32,000 nt of DNA from Candidatus Iainarchaeum sp. (GTDB lineage Archaea > Iainarchaeota > Iainarchaeia > Iainarchaeales > 0-14-0-20-34-12), in assembly GCA_030649345.1 (NCBI GenBank), contig JAUSKK010000006.1, forward strand, positions 5,157-37,156. The letters run 5' to 3'. Position numbers and translations under genes: made by a program. Position 1 is the first letter of the stretch. Each line of letters begins with the position of its first letter. This document shows positions 1 to 8,686 of this stretch, one piece after another. The notes beneath the pieces are model-generated. The model was given only the letters and a program-made list of their open reading frames with translations, ran no database searches and was not told the DNA's origin.

Positions 1-1
1 A

Positions 2-388
2 AAATTAGCTGATGGAAAAAATGTAAAAATTAATGGAAAAACATTCAAGCCCAAAGACGTCATGGATTACTCTCAAGGAAGAACTGGAAGAAAAATATGC
101 ATTGTCATGGACACCTTAGCCAGCACCAGTTATGTAAAACATTTAAAGCAAGCAGACATTTTAGTGCATGAAGCAGTATTTGGAGACGATGGAATCGAAC
201 GAGCATTGAAAACAAAACATTCAACTGCACGGCAGGCAGCAAAGTTGGCAAAAAAAGCCAAAGTTCAAAAATTAATTTTAACGCACATTTCTTCCAGATA
301 CAAAGACACAACCGAATTAGTAAAACAAGCCAAAGAAGAATTTGAACAAACAGAAATGGCTGAAGACTTAATGAAAAAAGAAATTTAA
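2..388 (+). CDS. rnz: Ribonuclease Z (tRNA 3' endonuclease), C-terminal part; 5' end is outside the window
   Basis: The frame is open from base 2, upstream of the ATG at 62 used by the track (KLADGKNVKINGKTFKPKDV...). C-terminal MBL/RNase Z-like signatures: HEAVF, HSTARQAAKLAKKA, LILTHISSRY. Confidence 0.6.
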   Translation, partial: KLADGKNVKINGKTFKPKDVMDYSQGRTGRKICIVMDTLASTSYVKHLKQADILVHEAVFGDDGIERALKTKHSTARQAAKLAKKAKVQKLILTHISSRYKDTTELVKQAKEEFEQTEMAEDLMKKEI

Positions 389-480
389 CAAACAGTCCAG
401 ATTCACAAAAACAGTGAGTCTTATACCAACTCAAATAAAAACCAGAAATGTTCTAATTTTAAAATAAAGCAAGTGAAAAC

Positions 481-1221
481 ATGAATACCAAACACTGGGA
501 AAAAATGTACGCATTACCTTTGGAAAAAATTCCGAACACAGCTATTGTAATGGCCGCCGGAAAAGGAACGCGCATGCTTCCATTAACTGAAACAATTCCC
601 AAAGCACTGGTAAACTGGAAAGGAAAACCATTGATTGTTCACGTACTAAACGAATTGAATAAAACTTCAGTACAAAAAGCAATAATAGTAATTGGATACA
701 AAGGAAAACAAATTCAAAAATATTTAGGGAAAAAATTTGGAAAAATAAAACTAGAATATGTTACACAAACCCAGCAGCTGGGAACAGCGCATGCAGTTCA
801 GACAGGATTGAAGAAAATTCATAATGAAAATTTTTTGGTTTTAAGCGCTGATGTGATTGCGTCAGCTAAAGATTTGAATAAATTTTTAAATTCTACTGGA
901 GATTGCTGTATGGCTTTACGGAAAACAAAAAAACCAGAAAGATACGGAATTATTGAATTAAAAGGAAAAAATATTGTAAAACTAATAGAGAAACCAAAAA
1001 ATTATCCAAAAAAAACTGCATGGATGAATGCAGGAATTTATTCATTTAATGCAAACACTATTCCGTTTATTTTGAATGTACAAAAAAACAAACAAAGAAA
1101 CGAATTTGAATTAACAGATGTTGTACAAAATTTAATTCATGGAAAGAAAAAGGTTATTGGAATTAAGTTTGAAAAAAAAGTCTACGATATTGGAAATTTA
1201 GAAGATTTAAAGCAGAAATAA
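481..1221 (+). CDS. Sugar-phosphate nucleotidyltransferase (glucose-1-phosphate thymidylyl/uridylyltransferase-like)
   Basis: N-terminal AAGKGTRMLPLT pyrophosphorylase loop, LGTAHAV motif, about 245 aa single NTP_transferase domain. The true start may be an internal Met. Confidence 0.75.
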   Translation: MNTKHWEKMYALPLEKIPNTAIVMAAGKGTRMLPLTETIPKALVNWKGKPLIVHVLNELNKTSVQKAIIVIGYKGKQIQKYLGKKFGKIKLEYVTQTQQLGTAHAVQTGLKKIHNENFLVLSADVIASAKDLNKFLNSTGDCCMALRKTKKPERYGIIELKGKNIVKLIEKPKNYPKKTAWMNAGIYSFNANTIPFILNVQKNKQRNEFELTDVVQNLIHGKKKVIGIKFEKKVYDIGNLEDLKQK

Positions 1222-1315
1222 TTTCAAGGAGGGGGTCAGGAAGAACTTGGAACTGGGGGGAACCTGGGTGCCCCGCGGTTCAGTTGGAAACTTAGAAGAT
1301 TTAAAGCAGAAATAA
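1190..1315 (+). repeat. 32-bp direct repeat (1190-1221 and 1284-1315, 31/32 identical) of the 3' end of the nucleotidyltransferase gene, bracketing a 62-bp GC-rich insert (1222-1283)
   Basis: Hand alignment: ttggaaatttagaagatttaaagcagaaataa versus ttggaaacttagaagatttaaagcagaaataa. The intervening sequence (ggagggggtcagg...ggtgccccgcgg) is far more GC-rich than its surroundings. Confidence 0.8.
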
Positions 1316-1335
1316 ATTTGAAACTTTAAAAATAA

Positions 1336-2052
1336 TTAATAGGTAAAAGTCTGTCCTGGTTTTAAAATTTGCGCTTCTGTTTTGATAATGCTTTTATCTA
1401 ATTTTTCTTTGAATTCATTTGGCTGGGCTTTAATAATATCAAAAGTATTGTAATGCATGGGAATGGCATACTCTGGTTTCATGGTTTTTACAGCCCGCAC
1501 AGCATCCACGCAATCCATGGTAACAGTTCCGCCAATCGGCAGTAAAGCAATGGTTGGTTTTAATCCTTGAAATGTTGGAATTAAGTCAGTGTCTCCAGCA
1601 TGAAATACAGTCGTATCTCCGAAAACAATTTTGAAGCCCAAAGGATCAAAAGCATTCGGATGATGTACAGGAACAGCTGTAATTTTTACATTTTTAATAG
1701 TGTGCATTTGATTTCCGACAATGGCTCTTTTTTGGCCTATGGGAATCTTCAATTGAGCCAACACATCATCTGTGCTAATCACAATAGATTTTTCGCGAGT
1801 ACAAATAGCTTCAATGGCTTCTTTGTCAAAGTGATCAAAATGTTCATGGGAAACCAAAATAGCATCAATGTCTTTCATTTCAGTTTGTTTAATTGGACAT
1901 TGAATTAAGCGTTGAATCTTGGCATGATCTGGAGGATTTCCAAAAAAAGGATCAATCAGTAAGTTGCATTTAGGAAAACTTAACTTGAAAAATGAATGAC
2001 CTAAAAATTGCAGCTTTATAATAACCCCTATAAGTAAGAAGCGAGATAGCAT
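1336..2052 (-). CDS. Metal-dependent hydrolase, metallo-beta-lactamase fold (UPF0173-like)
   Basis: LGHSFFKL N-terminus, HEHFDH zinc motif, HAGDT and later His/Asp ligand positions; size is typical for the family. Confidence 0.75.
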   Translation of the reverse strand: MLSRFLLIGVIIKLQFLGHSFFKLSFPKCNLLIDPFFGNPPDHAKIQRLIQCPIKQTEMKDIDAILVSHEHFDHFDKEAIEAICTREKSIVISTDDVLAQLKIPIGQKRAIVGNQMHTIKNVKITAVPVHHPNAFDPLGFKIVFGDTTVFHAGDTDLIPTFQGLKPTIALLPIGGTVTMDCVDAVRAVKTMKPEYAIPMHYNTFDIIKAQPNEFKEKLDKSIIKTEAQILKPGQTFTY

Positions 2053-2093
2053 TTAAAAAGCAATCTTAAAAATACGTTGATTCTAATAAAACT

Positions 2094-2891
2094 ATGCAAA
2101 CCAAAAAAATTTTGGGAGTTGGACTTGCATTTCTGATATTGCTTCATTCAGTTACAGCCATCAGTTATGAAATTGGATGGCACAATATTGAATTGGCCAT
2201 TAATGCAGACGGAACAGGCAAGATCACAGAAAAATTTTACATCAATTTTGACACTCCAGCTGACTTGAATGAATTCAAACAAATTACTTCAAAATTCGGA
2301 ATAGATATTGCCAATCAATGGAAAGCATTTAATCCAAAATTACAGCCCAATATAGGAAAATTTTCAGACATTACTCCAGGCAGCGGAAAAATTGCCTTAA
2401 TTGAAGTAGAAGACAGCTATTTGGAACTCAGTTATGAACTCAAAGAACCTTTGTTTGAAAAAATAGAGGAAACTTCCCGTTCTACAGTATTTGAATTGAA
2501 AAAACCGTTCTTTAATTCATTTTTATCCAAACCATTTTATGTTATTCCAGCCAAAACAGCGATTTCTTTTATTTTACCAGAACAAACAACTGTAACAGCC
2601 AATAATGTTTTGCCTAAAGGAGAAATACAAACACAAAACAACAAAACAGTAGTAATCTGGACTGGAGAAAAAACTACCACTGATTTAGCAATCAAATTCA
2701 CCTACTGGAAACAAATCGCACCCAATTTAAGTTTAGCCATAGTCATAAAAGAATTTTTAGAAAATACGCCCAAAGAATTATTGATTTTGTTAATTATCAT
2801 TTTTGTTTTAGCTGTCAGCTTTTTTTACTTGAAACGAAAAGAATACGGAAAAAAAGTCTCGGACTATATTGTCAAACACTCCGAACTCTAA
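2094..2891 (+). CDS. Secreted, C-terminally membrane-anchored protein of unknown function
   Basis: N-terminal signal-like hydrophobic segment (ILGVGLAFLILLHSVTA), C-terminal TM (LLILLIIIFVLAVSFFY) followed by basic residues. No recognisable catalytic motif. Confidence 0.5.
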   Translation: MQTKKILGVGLAFLILLHSVTAISYEIGWHNIELAINADGTGKITEKFYINFDTPADLNEFKQITSKFGIDIANQWKAFNPKLQPNIGKFSDITPGSGKIALIEVEDSYLELSYELKEPLFEKIEETSRSTVFELKKPFFNSFLSKPFYVIPAKTAISFILPEQTTVTANNVLPKGEIQTQNNKTVVIWTGEKTTTDLAIKFTYWKQIAPNLSLAIVIKEFLENTPKELLILLIIIFVLAVSFFYLKRKEYGKKVSDYIVKHSEL

Positions 2892-2925
2892 ATTTAGCGG
2901 TCTGGCAATATATTTATATATTTAA

Positions 2926-2941
2926 AGATATACGTATATCT
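2926..2941. promoter_or_regulatory. Perfect 16-bp palindrome AGATATACGTATATCT between a TATA-like box (2911-2920) and the vapB-like start; candidate operator
   Basis: Palindrome read directly. It lies 14 nt upstream of the ATG at 2955, and a GGTGA Shine-Dalgarno-like motif lies at 2944-2948. Confidence 0.45.
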
Positions 2942-2954
2942 AAGGTGATCGATT

Positions 2955-3206
2955 ATGGCCAATACAGTTACCATTACTTTGGCATTAAACAAAGAAGATG
3001 AGAAGTTAGCACGGAAATTAGCCGAAAAAAAATATGGCGGAATAAAAGGTTCTTTGTCGAAAGTTTTCAGCGAAGGCCTGCATTTTGTTGAACATGAATT
3101 GCAAAGACAAAAAGCACGCATGCGATTAATTGAATTAAACAAACAAGGATTTGATCTTAGATTCAAAAGCTGGAAAAATCGCAGTGAATTGTATGACAGA
3201 AACTGA
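2955..3206 (+). CDS. VapB-like antitoxin (small DNA-binding protein upstream of a PIN toxin)
   Basis: 83 aa. Overlaps the downstream PIN gene by 14 nt, is preceded by a palindrome and an SD, and has a charged helical C-terminus. Confidence 0.5.
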   Translation: MANTVTITLALNKEDEKLARKLAEKKYGGIKGSLSKVFSEGLHFVEHELQRQKARMRLIELNKQGFDLRFKSWKNRSELYDRN

Positions 3207-3636
3207 AAACAAAATTCATGAAAACTATTTAGTAGACACAAACATTTTGGTTTATGTATTCGATGAAGCAGACATTGCAAAGAAAAAAAAGGCAGAATTA
3301 TTTTTGGCTGAAATTTCACTGGATTCTCACGGTTATTTAAGTATTCAAAATATCGGAGAATTTTTTTCGGTCATGTTAGAAAAACGAAAAAATATTGTGC
3401 CGGCTGATTTTATGAAAACTTGGCTAAGTGAGTATAGGACTATTTTCAATGTAATTCATTACACAGAAAACACTTTACTGGCTGCCGAAGAGTTAAAACA
3501 AAAACACGGAATTCATTTTTGGGATGCTGTGCTAGCCGCAACCATGAAAGAATTTGATATTCATACAATATATACTGAAAACGTAAAAGACTTCCAAAAA
3601 ATTCCAGAACTAACTGTAATTAATCCATTCAAATAA
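3193..3636 (+). CDS. vapC: PIN-domain ribonuclease, VapC-like toxin
   Basis: YLVDTNILVY (first acidic residue), FWDAVLAA and TENVKDF motifs typical of PIN domains. I prefer the ATG at 3193 over the track start at 3151. Confidence 0.7.
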   Translation: MTETENKIHENYLVDTNILVYVFDEADIAKKKKAELFLAEISLDSHGYLSIQNIGEFFSVMLEKRKNIVPADFMKTWLSEYRTIFNVIHYTENTLLAAEELKQKHGIHFWDAVLAATMKEFDIHTIYTENVKDFQKIPELTVINPFK

Positions 3637-3642
3637 AACAAC

Positions 3643-3828
3643 CTATTTATAGGGCGGAAATGCAGAAATTAAACTTCCGAATACTGCAAAAAAACCCATA
3701 ATGAATACAGTTATCGAATAAAAAACAGAAGGCATAACTAAAAGCCCTTGGGCTTCAAAAAAACCCACCAAAAGGTAAGCAATAGAAATAATCAGCAAAG
3801 ACTGAAATGCACGTTGAATGTAAACCAT
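3643..3828 (-). CDS. Small (61 aa) two-TM membrane protein
   Basis: Hydrophobic throughout. A GGAG sits 9 nt upstream of the ATG, inside the loop of an 8-bp inverted repeat (3830-3848). Confidence 0.45.
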   Translation of the reverse strand: MVYIQRAFQSLLIISIAYLLVGFFEAQGLLVMPSVFYSITVFIMGFFAVFGSLISAFPPYK

Positions 3829-3891
3829 TAAAAATTCTCCGAATTTTTAAAGTTTTTAAATTTCCAATTTAAAACCATAATATCACTTGTT

Positions 3892-4260
3892 CTAAGTTAA
3901 AATTCCTAAAGCAACTAAAGCAATGGAAGCATAGAATAATACAACATAAATCAAAGGCAGCCGATTCTTTAATCTTGGAACAGACAAAGCAAAAGTTAAT
4001 CCTGCCACTCTAGAAACATAAACAAATGCAAACCAGCTTGGAATCAAATACATAATTCCTAAACTTGGGAAAAAACTAGTGGTTGCCCAAATATACATGA
4101 CTGTGAAAACCATAGCTCGCAATGTTTGTTTGCCGTCGTAAAAAATATATGCTGCTGCAAAAAACACAAACAACCAAGGTAAGTTGTTGATGATTATAGA
4201 AAACCACCAACTTAAGTCCAGAGTCAATACTGCATACAATGCTTCTGCCAAAATTACCAT
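3892..4260 (-). CDS. Multi-TM membrane protein, paralog of 4444..4842
   Basis: Shares the NNLPWLF motif and overall TM layout with the 132-aa ORF. Starts 4 nt after the stop of the upstream small ORF. Confidence 0.55.
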   Translation of the reverse strand: MVILAEALYAVLTLDLSWWFSIIINNLPWLFVFFAAAYIFYDGKQTLRAMVFTVMYIWATTSFFPSLGIMYLIPSWFAFVYVSRVAGLTFALSVPRLKNRLPLIYVVLFYASIALVALGILT

Positions 4261-4264
4261 ACAA

Positions 4265-4444
4265 TCACAATTTAATAAATAAAATCTCCAATAAAGCCAT
4301 TAAGAAAAATATTACAAAACCTAACTGAGTGGAATACAATGGAGTGAATACTGCTGTGCCAGTAGCTGCTGAAATTAAGCCAGTAACCATATAGAATGCC
4401 ATGGTGAAAATCACTGCAATCAAACTATATCGAACAAGCCCCAT
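4265..4444 (-). CDS. Unlisted 59-aa membrane protein (below the track length cut-off)
   Basis: Hand translation: MGLVRYSLIAVIFTMAFYMVTGLISAATGTAVFTPLYSTQLGFVIFFLMALLEILFIKL. Its ATG overlaps the TAA of the upstream gene (TAATG), which suggests translational coupling. Confidence 0.4.
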   Translation of the reverse strand: MGLVRYSLIAVIFTMAFYMVTGLISAATGTAVFTPLYSTQLGFVIFFLMALLEILFIKL

Positions 4445-4842
4445 TAAAATCCCATCCCAAATATTGCGAATATTCCTAAGTTAAAGAAAATAATAGTAAG
4501 CCATCCTTGAGTTTCATTAATTATAAGTAAATTCTTTTTCAAGTTCGGAGAACTTTCAGCAACAGTTAATACTGTGAATTTTCCCATGTAAAATAAAATT
4601 AACAAATTTCCAACAAACACAATTAATCCTAGCACTCCAACAAAATCACTAATTGTCCACATGTAAATAGAAATAACAATAGTGCCGTAAATTGTATTTT
4701 TGATTTTTCCGCCTAAAAAAATATGCATAATTCCAGCATAGGCAAACAGCCAAGGCAGGTTGTTGAGCAGCAAGTAAAATAACCAACCGATGTCTAGGCC
4801 AATGAGGTGAATTAGAAATTCTACAATACCTAAATCTTGCAT
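4444..4842 (-). CDS. Multi-TM membrane protein, paralog of 3892..4260
   Basis: NNLPWLF motif, four predicted hydrophobic helices; first gene of a co-directional four-gene cluster. Confidence 0.55.
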   Translation of the reverse strand: MQDLGIVEFLIHLIGLDIGWLFYLLLNNLPWLFAYAGIMHIFLGGKIKNTIYGTIVISIYMWTISDFVGVLGLIVFVGNLLILFYMGKFTVLTVAESSPNLKKNLLIINETQGWLTIIFFNLGIFAIFGMGF

Positions 4843-4982
4843 AGATACAACCTGCTGCTCAATGAGCTTTCGCCCTTACTAGCCGAGGTTAATTACGCCC
4901 CAACTTTACTGTTTGTTATAGAATTAGTCTCTGAACCAATATATAATAGTAACTAATATAGGTGAACAAGTTAATTAGTTGG

Positions 4983-5510
4983 TTATTTGGTGAGTTTTTG
5001 ATCCATTTTTGCCAATTGTGCTGGTTTTTTCTTAATTTTTCCACCACAAAAGTCACATTCAGTTAATTTTGTATTTAAACTGAACTTTTTGCCGCAATTT
5101 ACGCATTTAGGCTCAAATTTTATGATTTCTTTGATTTCACGCATGATTACAGCTTGAAATGGAATTTTAAGTAAAGCCAGAAAGTTTTGAATACTATAAT
5201 CATCGGTTAAGACTTGGATTTTTTGTTTTTTTTCCAATAATTCTTTGGCTAAAGCTAAAACAGTTAAGTCTGGATAGCTTAGTTTTTCAAATCCATGCTC
5301 TTTGACTAATTGTTTGAGTTCTTCTAAGTGTTTCCAGTTGGCTTCTTGGATTTTCAGCAAACCTTGAGTTAATGCATTTTCAACTAAATTCCTTGCTTCA
5401 AAGCTTTTCCATTCGCTTAAAACTTCAGGCGTTGTAATATACGAATGTTTAGATTCAAACTCAAAATTGGGTTCATTCAGTAAAGCACTGGCATCTAGAA
5501 CATACAGCAT
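4983..5510 (-). CDS. nob1: Nob1-like endonuclease (PIN domain plus C-terminal zinc ribbon), 16S rRNA 3'-end maturation
   Basis: N-terminal VLDASAL PIN start, central LTDDYSIQN, C-terminal CVNCGKKF...CDFCGG zinc ribbon. Architecture and size match archaeal Nob1. Confidence 0.7.
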   Translation of the reverse strand: MLYVLDASALLNEPNFEFESKHSYITTPEVLSEWKSFEARNLVENALTQGLLKIQEANWKHLEELKQLVKEHGFEKLSYPDLTVLALAKELLEKKQKIQVLTDDYSIQNFLALLKIPFQAVIMREIKEIIKFEPKCVNCGKKFSLNTKLTECDFCGGKIKKKPAQLAKMDQKLTK

Positions 5511-5561
5511 ATCTTACACTTGCGAAGAATGTTTTTAACACTAATTATTCTAATAATACTC

Positions 5562-7013
5562 ATGCAAAACTCGGAATTAAAGCAACTCGTACTTGAACTC
5601 AGTGAAATTGAACGGACTGCACTCAAACAATTGGGAATACATGAAATACATACTTTGGAATCTTTAGCTCAAACAACTGAACTCAACAAAGATGCGGTAC
5701 GCAGAGTTATTGAATGGTTGAAGGAAAAAAAATTAATTCAAGTTCAAGACTTGCAAAGAAAAGCTGAATATAGTTTAACGAAAACTGGAAAAGAAAATTT
5801 AGAAAAAGGTTTACCGGAACGAAGAATGATTCAAGCACTGCAAGAAAAAACACTAAACTTTAAAGAATTGCAAGAAAAAACAAAACTAAATTCAGGAGAA
5901 TTTGCTTCAGGCTTGGGAGTATTAAAACAAAAAAACTTTATTACAATTCAAAGCGGAAAAATTGAAATCAGCGAAGTTGGAAAAGAATTTGCAGGCTCAG
6001 AGTGGATGGAAGAAAAAATTTTAAACAACCCAGATGAATGCAGTTTAGATCAAATTCAAGGATTAATTAAACGAGGATTACTAGAAAAAAAAGAAGTAAC
6101 AGAAAATAGTATTCAAATTTCTGAATTTGGAATTCAAGCAAAAGAGATCTTGGAAACAATTGGAAGCCAACGAGAATTTAATATTCAAGCACCAGTACAG
6201 CCTTTGTATTTAGGAAAAGCCCAGCCGTACAATCAGTTCTTGAAATTAATTCGAAAAAAATTGTTAGAACTAGGATTTACGGAAATGAAAGAACGATTGA
6301 TTGTTCAAGAATTTTACAATTTTGATGTATTGTTCCAGCCGCAAAATCACCCGGCCAGACAATGGACTGATAGTTATCAGCTTAAACAGCCAACGCATGG
6401 AAAATTACCGGATAAAAAAATTGTAGACAAAATTAAAGCAGCTCATGAAACCGGAGGCTTAGCAGATAGCACAGGCTGGGGCTATGAATGGAGTACAGAT
6501 ATTGCTTCTCGGGTAATGCCTACAGCCCATGGAACAGCCATGGATGCCAGACAAATGTGCGAAGGCGTAGAATTTCCAAAAAAATATTTTGTAATCAATC
6601 GATGCTTTCGACCAGACGTTTTGGATGCAACCCATTTAGTTGAATTCAATCAATTGGATTGTTTTATGGTTGGGCCAGGAATTAATTTCCGAAGTTTATT
6701 GCATGTCTTTAAACAATTGGCTTACGAGATTGCTGGAGCCAAAGAAGTCAAGTTTACTACAGCTTATTTTCCGTTTACTGAACCCAGTTGTGAGTTAAGC
6801 ATTAAACATCCGCAATTGGGTTGGATGGAAGTAGCTGGCGGAGGAGTCCTAAGACCAGAAATTACAGAAAATTTAGGAATTAAAGAACCAGCCATTGCCT
6901 GGGGCATGGGAATAGACAGACTGGCCATGGCAAAATTGGGAATTAAAGATATTCGATATTTATTTAGTGACAATTTAGATTGGTTAAGAAAATCCAAGAT
7001 GGTGGTTGAGTAA
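5562..7013 (+). CDS. pheS: Phenylalanine--tRNA ligase alpha subunit (archaeal type)
   Basis: Class II aaRS motifs (FRPD...LVEFNQLD, GGGVLRPE, GMGIDRLAM) and an N-terminal winged-helix repeat region. The ATG at 5562 is preferred over the TTG at 5520, whose extension is purely hydrophobic. Confidence 0.9.
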   Translation: MQNSELKQLVLELSEIERTALKQLGIHEIHTLESLAQTTELNKDAVRRVIEWLKEKKLIQVQDLQRKAEYSLTKTGKENLEKGLPERRMIQALQEKTLNFKELQEKTKLNSGEFASGLGVLKQKNFITIQSGKIEISEVGKEFAGSEWMEEKILNNPDECSLDQIQGLIKRGLLEKKEVTENSIQISEFGIQAKEILETIGSQREFNIQAPVQPLYLGKAQPYNQFLKLIRKKLLELGFTEMKERLIVQEFYNFDVLFQPQNHPARQWTDSYQLKQPTHGKLPDKKIVDKIKAAHETGGLADSTGWGYEWSTDIASRVMPTAHGTAMDARQMCEGVEFPKKYFVINRCFRPDVLDATHLVEFNQLDCFMVGPGINFRSLLHVFKQLAYEIAGAKEVKFTTAYFPFTEPSCELSIKHPQLGWMEVAGGGVLRPEITENLGIKEPAIAWGMGIDRLAMAKLGIKDIRYLFSDNLDWLRKSKMVVE

Positions 7014-8668
7014 TGCCCACAATTGAATGTTCAAAAAAAGATTTGGAAAAATTAATTGGAAAAAAGTTTGACTCTGCCGAAAAACTAGAACAAGCTTTAC
7101 AATATGCCAAAGGAGGCATTGGCTCGCTGGAAGGAGATGCACTCAAAATAGAAGTCCAAGACGCTAACCGGCCGGATTTATGGAGTGCCGAAGGAATTGC
7201 CCGCGAATTAAAAGCACGCTTGGGTTTAGAGACAGGTTTGCCAAAATTTAAAGTCAAAAAAAGCAAGGTTCAATTAATTATTGAAAAAAGTGTCAAAAAA
7301 TCACGGCCGTATATGGTGGCTGCTTTAGCTAAAAATGTGAAAATTACAGAAGAATATTTAGTGCAAATGATTCAATTGCAAGAAAAAGTTGGATTAACCT
7401 ATGGACGAAAACGAAAAGAAGTAGGAATTGGAATTTATGATTTAGACAAAATGAAGGCTCCCATTTATTACAAAGGAATTAAGCCTCGTGAAATAAAATT
7501 TGCTCCTTTAGAATTTGAACGCGATCTAGGATTGAATGAAATTTTAGAACTTCACCCAAAAGGAAAAGAATACGGTCACCTAATCAAAGCTTTTGAGTAT
7601 TATCCGATTGTTATGGACAGTACTGGAACTGTTTGTGCCATGCCTCCGATTATCAATTCAAATTATACTGGAAAAGTTACAGAAAAAACTAAAAACTTGT
7701 TTATTGAAGTCACAGGATGGAATAAAGAAATTGTGAATATTGCATTAAATGTCATGGTGGCTGCAGTGCATGACCGAGGAGCAGACATTGAAGCAGTTGA
7801 AATAGTAGATGAAACAGAAAAAGCAAAATATTTCACGCCCAACTTCGAACCTAAAAAAACAAAAGTAAAAATTGAGTTTATTAACAAATTGGCTGGAATG
7901 AATTGGAGTACAAAAGAAATCGTAAAATTATTGGAACGTGCACGGTACAATTGCACAATAAAAGGAAAAGAAATTTTATTAGAAGTTCCATCCTATCGAC
8001 AAGATTTATTGCATGAAGCTGATATCGTAGAAGATGCTGTGATTAGCTATGGATACAATAACTTGGAACCCAAAGCAACTGAAATGAATGTAGTTGGAAA
8101 AGATTTATTGGAAACCAGACTCAAAGAAGTTATTCGGAGTACTTGTGTTGGATTGCAATTGCAAGAAGTTTTAACTTACAATTTAACCAGTAAAGAAAAA
8201 CAAGTAACCAAACTAGGCCTGAATTTACAAAAAGAAATATTTGCAGAAATAGCCAATCCTATGAGTTCAGAGTATGCTATATTCCGAAAACAAATTTTTC
8301 CAGAATTATTAGAATTCTTGGGAAAAAATTCTCGTTATGAATATCCCCAAAATATTTTTGAAATCGGAAAAGGATTAGAACTCGATGCAAAAAGTGAAAC
8401 TGGAGTTAATGAAAAAAACAAAATTTGCATTATTATCTGTGGAAGAAATGCAAACTTTAATGAAGGAAAACGACACTTGCAAGCTTTAAGCAATTCCATG
8501 AACTGGGATTACGAATTAAAGAAAATAGAGCATTCTGCATTCAAACCAGGATTGTGTGCAGAAATTAAAATTGAAAACAGAATAGGAATTATTGGAGAAC
8601 TTAAAGAAAGTATTTTGAAAAACTTTTCCATAGAAATGCCTGCCTGCGTAATTGAACTGGAATTTTAA
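7013..8668 (+). CDS. pheT: Phenylalanine--tRNA ligase beta subunit (archaeal type)
   Basis: Start overlaps the pheS stop (TAATG). Has B3/4 and B5-like regions (RPDLWSAEGIAREL, SYRQDLLHEADIVEDAVISYGYNN). Confidence 0.9.
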   Translation: MPTIECSKKDLEKLIGKKFDSAEKLEQALQYAKGGIGSLEGDALKIEVQDANRPDLWSAEGIARELKARLGLETGLPKFKVKKSKVQLIIEKSVKKSRPYMVAALAKNVKITEEYLVQMIQLQEKVGLTYGRKRKEVGIGIYDLDKMKAPIYYKGIKPREIKFAPLEFERDLGLNEILELHPKGKEYGHLIKAFEYYPIVMDSTGTVCAMPPIINSNYTGKVTEKTKNLFIEVTGWNKEIVNIALNVMVAAVHDRGADIEAVEIVDETEKAKYFTPNFEPKKTKVKIEFINKLAGMNWSTKEIVKLLERARYNCTIKGKEILLEVPSYRQDLLHEADIVEDAVISYGYNNLEPKATEMNVVGKDLLETRLKEVIRSTCVGLQLQEVLTYNLTSKEKQVTKLGLNLQKEIFAEIANPMSSEYAIFRKQIFPELLEFLGKNSRYEYPQNIFEIGKGLELDAKSETGVNEKNKICIIICGRNANFNEGKRHLQALSNSMNWDYELKKIEHSAFKPGLCAEIKIENRIGIIGELKESILKNFSIEMPACVIELEF

Positions 8669-8686
8669 TTAAAGTAAAGACGAATA

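Noticed and set aside
105-434. 109-aa minus-strand ORF antisense to the RNase Z fragment
   Set aside because: It fully overlaps a frame with clear RNase Z motifs. Its Leu/Cys/Trp-rich composition is typical of antisense translation of an AT-rich coding region.
1222-1283. GC-rich insert as a tRNA or tRNA fragment
   Set aside because: I tried both strands. GCGGTTCAGTTGG superficially resembles an acceptor/D-arm, but there is no closing D stem, no anticodon arm and no GTTCRAATC T-loop.
2894-3319. 141-aa minus-strand ORF across the VapBC region
   Set aside because: It overlaps both TA genes, which have a promoter, SD, operator and PIN motifs. The product is Phe/Cys/Leu/Asn-rich with no motif.
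5520-5561. TTG-initiated N-terminal extension of pheS (MRRMFLTLIILIIL)
   Set aside because: The extension is purely hydrophobic and not part of PheRS alpha. The ATG at 5562 gives a normal N-terminus and leaves room for a divergent promoter shared with nob1.
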